The position numbers and the translations under genes are program-made. A stretch of 8,236 nt of DNA, taken from IMG/VR virus record IMGVR_UViG_2695420745_000009; one strand, given 5' to 3'. This stretch comes from a virus (Duplodnaviria; Heunggongvirae; Uroviricota; Caudoviricetes). Below are positions 6,941 to 8,236 of the stretch, piece after piece (within the stretch, counting starts at the first letter, position 1; each line of letters begins with the position of its first letter). Below the pieces are notes generated by a model. It was not told the origin of the DNA and did not search any database. It saw only the letters and a list, made by a program, of their open reading frames with translations.

Positions 6941-6970
6941 AAATAAAAACAAAAACCCGCCGAAGCGGGT
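6941..6970 (-). terminator. Strong rho-independent terminator downstream of the hok toxin gene
   Basis: Minus strand reads ACCCGC-TTCG-GCGGGT (6-bp GC-rich stem with a UUCG tetraloop) followed by TTTTGTTTTTATTT. Confidence 0.75.
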
Positions 6971-7039
6971 TAAGTGTGGGTGCATTGAGGATGCCTGACC
7001 CATCAGAGGTGGCGAGGGATTTCTCCCCCGCCTGGTCTC

Positions 7040-7195
7040 TTACTCCTCAGGTTCGTAAGCTGTGAAGACAGCGACCTCCGTCTGGCCGGTTCGAATTCGT
7101 ACCTCGCAGAGGTCTTTCCTCGTTACCAGTGCCGTCACTATGACGGTTAAACAGATGACGATCAGGGCGATTAACATCGCCTTTTGCTGCTTCAT
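7040..7195 (-). CDS. hokD: Hok/Gef-family type I membrane toxin, 51 aa, matching HokD (RelF) as remembered
   Basis: Translation MKQQKAMLIALIVICLTVIVTALVTRKDLCEVRIRTGQTEVAVFTAYEPEE has the Hok-family transmembrane helix and C-terminal motif. AAGGAG Shine-Dalgarno 8-13 nt before the ATG at 7195. An in-frame upstream ATG at 7252 is probably not the real start. Confidence 0.9.
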   Translation of the reverse strand: MKQQKAMLIALIVICLTVIVTALVTRKDLCEVRIRTGQTEVAVFTAYEPEE

Positions 7196-7406
7196 AGCCT
7201 GCTTCTCCTTGCCTTTCGGCACGTAAGAGGCTAACCTAGATTTGCCGTTCATAGATTGAGCCTCAGATTAATGTTAAGCGTCTTGCCGGACGCGTAATGT
7301 TAACTGGGGCTTTTCTCTATCTGCCTTTTGGTGTTCATGCCTGAGACAGATAGCCTCAAGCACCCGCTGCAATTCTACTTAACTCTCCTTTTCCCGCAAA
7401 CCGTTT

Positions 7407-7490
7407 TTATCCCCAGCGGCAAATCGAATACACCACCAGCGCCACCGCCATCGCAATTCCTACCGTTGTTAATGCTTCAGGCCAGGTCAT
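7407..7490 (-). CDS. Candidate small hydrophobic peptide, 27 aa ([27 protein letters not shown]), translationally coupled to the upstream gene
   Basis: ATG overlaps the TGA of ORF-C (ATGA at 7487-7490); GGAGG lies 9 nt upstream. About 17 consecutive hydrophobic residues, then RWG. Absent from the ORF track because it is under the length cutoff. Coding status unproven. Confidence 0.35.
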   Translation of the reverse strand: MTWPEALTTVGIAMAVALVVYSICRWG

Positions 7491-7831
7491 CGTAAAATAT
7501 CCTCCACGCTTATCAGTCCGTTCCGCTCCAGATAACTCATCGCCTTATCCGGTAATTTGCAGTCTGGCTTCGCTTTCCTCAGTTGCCAGGTTAACTGCTT
7601 TACCAGCATGGTTAACTCATCGACCAGACGCTGATATCCCACTGGTTTGTATTCATGCAATTTACCGGCTGGCTCTGCTGCCAGCGATACCAGTGCGATT
7701 TCCAGAACAGCAATATCCATCTTATATGTGCGGATGATGTCATGGTCGATTGTGCCCGGTATGCACAGTCTCTGTGCTTCAATAGTCTCCTCTGCGTGAG
7801 CTATTAACTGCTCTCTGGTAAAAGTCGTCAT
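7487..7831 (-). CDS. Hypothetical protein ORF-C, 114 aa, paralogous at its N-terminus to ORF-B
   Basis: ATG at 7831 preceded by AAGGGG; ATG overlaps the stop of ORF-B (ATGA). Shares MTTxTxEx at the start and [10 protein letters not shown] (versus [10 protein letters not shown]) with ORF-B. Confidence 0.6.
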   Translation of the reverse strand: MTTFTREQLIAHAEETIEAQRLCIPGTIDHDIIRTYKMDIAVLEIALVSLAAEPAGKLHEYKPVGYQRLVDELTMLVKQLTWQLRKAKPDCKLPDKAMSYLERNGLISVEDILR

Positions 7832-7995
7832 GCCGTAGCCCCTTCTTGATATTTTTCAAACCAGAACACAACCGGCTCTGCTTCCAGCGATGCCAGCGCA
7901 ATCCGTGCCAGTTCCATTTGTTCACCACGGGTAAGCCCGTTTTCAAGCGGGTTTTTAATGAACAATTCAATACGTTCTTTGGTAATAGTGGTCAT
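7828..7995 (-). CDS. Hypothetical protein ORF-B, 55 aa ([55 protein letters not shown]), short paralog of ORF-C
   Basis: Hand-translated from the minus strand; absent from the ORF track (below cutoff). Consensus AAGGAG 6 nt before the ATG at 7995; its stop overlaps the ORF-C start. Confidence 0.55.
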   Translation of the reverse strand: MTTITKERIELFIKNPLENGLTRGEQMELARIALASLEAEPVVFWFEKYQEGATA

Positions 7996-8005
7996 GTGTT
8001 ACTCC

Positions 8006-8236
8006 TTAACCCGCAGTGCTTTCAACTGATGAGGGGAACAAAATCTTTTCATCAAACCCTGCATTCATATCATGAACAGCAACACACCAATCCATCGACG
8101 AACGATTATCAAGAGCCTCCATGATTTCATCCATGCGGCGTAGGTCATACAGGTAAATGCTTTTATCGCCAATGGTGTAAAAGCCAATTTTTTTCGGTGA
8201 TGGATGAGGTGTACTGGCAATAGCGGACACTACCAT
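8006..8236 (-). CDS. Hypothetical protein ORF-A, 76 aa, start codon at the window edge; its first 31 nt form the right terminal inverted repeat
   Basis: ORF beginning MVVSAIASTPHPSPKK; its TAA stop (8006-8008) overlaps the Shine-Dalgarno of ORF-B. No upstream sequence is visible, so the start cannot be confirmed. Confidence 0.5.
   Translation of the reverse strand: MVVSAIASTPHPSPKKIGFYTIGDKSIYLYDLRRMDEIMEALDNRSSMDWCVAVHDMNAGFDEKILFPSSVESTAG

Noticed and set aside
7196-7252. In-frame upstream start for Hok (MNGKSRLASYVPKGKEKQA, ATG at 7252) or a Mok-like reading frame
   Set aside because: Hok-family toxins are about 50 aa and the consensus Shine-Dalgarno sits before the internal ATG at 7195; the extension lies in the leader. 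A Mok-type overlapping frame cannot be excluded, but no evidence supports it.
7779-8124. ORFs 7779-7970 (-) and 7846-8124 (+)
   Set aside because: They overlap ORF-B and ORF-C, which have much better start signals and paralog support; their products have implausible composition.
1-8236. CRISPR arrays, rRNA genes, insertion sequences or integrase
   Set aside because: No regularly spaced direct repeats, no rRNA-like sequence and no transposase- or integrase-like ORF were seen. The only repeats are the two ~64-bp units and the terminal 31-nt inverted repeat.

Overview
The window reads as the Q-proximal late-regulatory region of a lambdoid, Stx-phage-like prophage from an Enterobacteriaceae (probably Escherichia coli) genome. 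Almost everything is on the minus strand and tightly packed, running right to left: a cassette of four translationally coupled small genes (ORF-A, paralogous ORF-B and ORF-C, a 27-aa hydrophobic peptide), a hokD/relF-type Hok toxin with its own terminator, a small Rem-position ORF, a DUF968/YdfU-like HNH-motif protein, RusA resolvase, a Q-like late antiterminator with four CxxCxGxG zinc-finger repeats, an orphan beta-class DNA methyltransferase, and a three-tRNA cluster (Ile-CAU, Arg-UCU, Arg-UCU) arranged like ileZ-argN-argO of Shiga-toxin phages. Where stxAB would sit there is no toxin gene; instead there is about 1.9 kb of AT-rich DNA with poorly supported ORFs and a duplicated hairpin-bearing ~64-bp element. 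Six N-runs (130-284, 937-1043, 2142-2162, 3750-3797, 3904-4007, 4165-4206) hide sequence, including the likely position of the late promoter and the C-terminus of the Q-like gene. The first 31 nt of the window are the exact reverse complement of nt 8205-8235. No CRISPR array, rRNA or recognisable transposase was seen. All calls are by eye from sequence and remembered family features; no database search was run.
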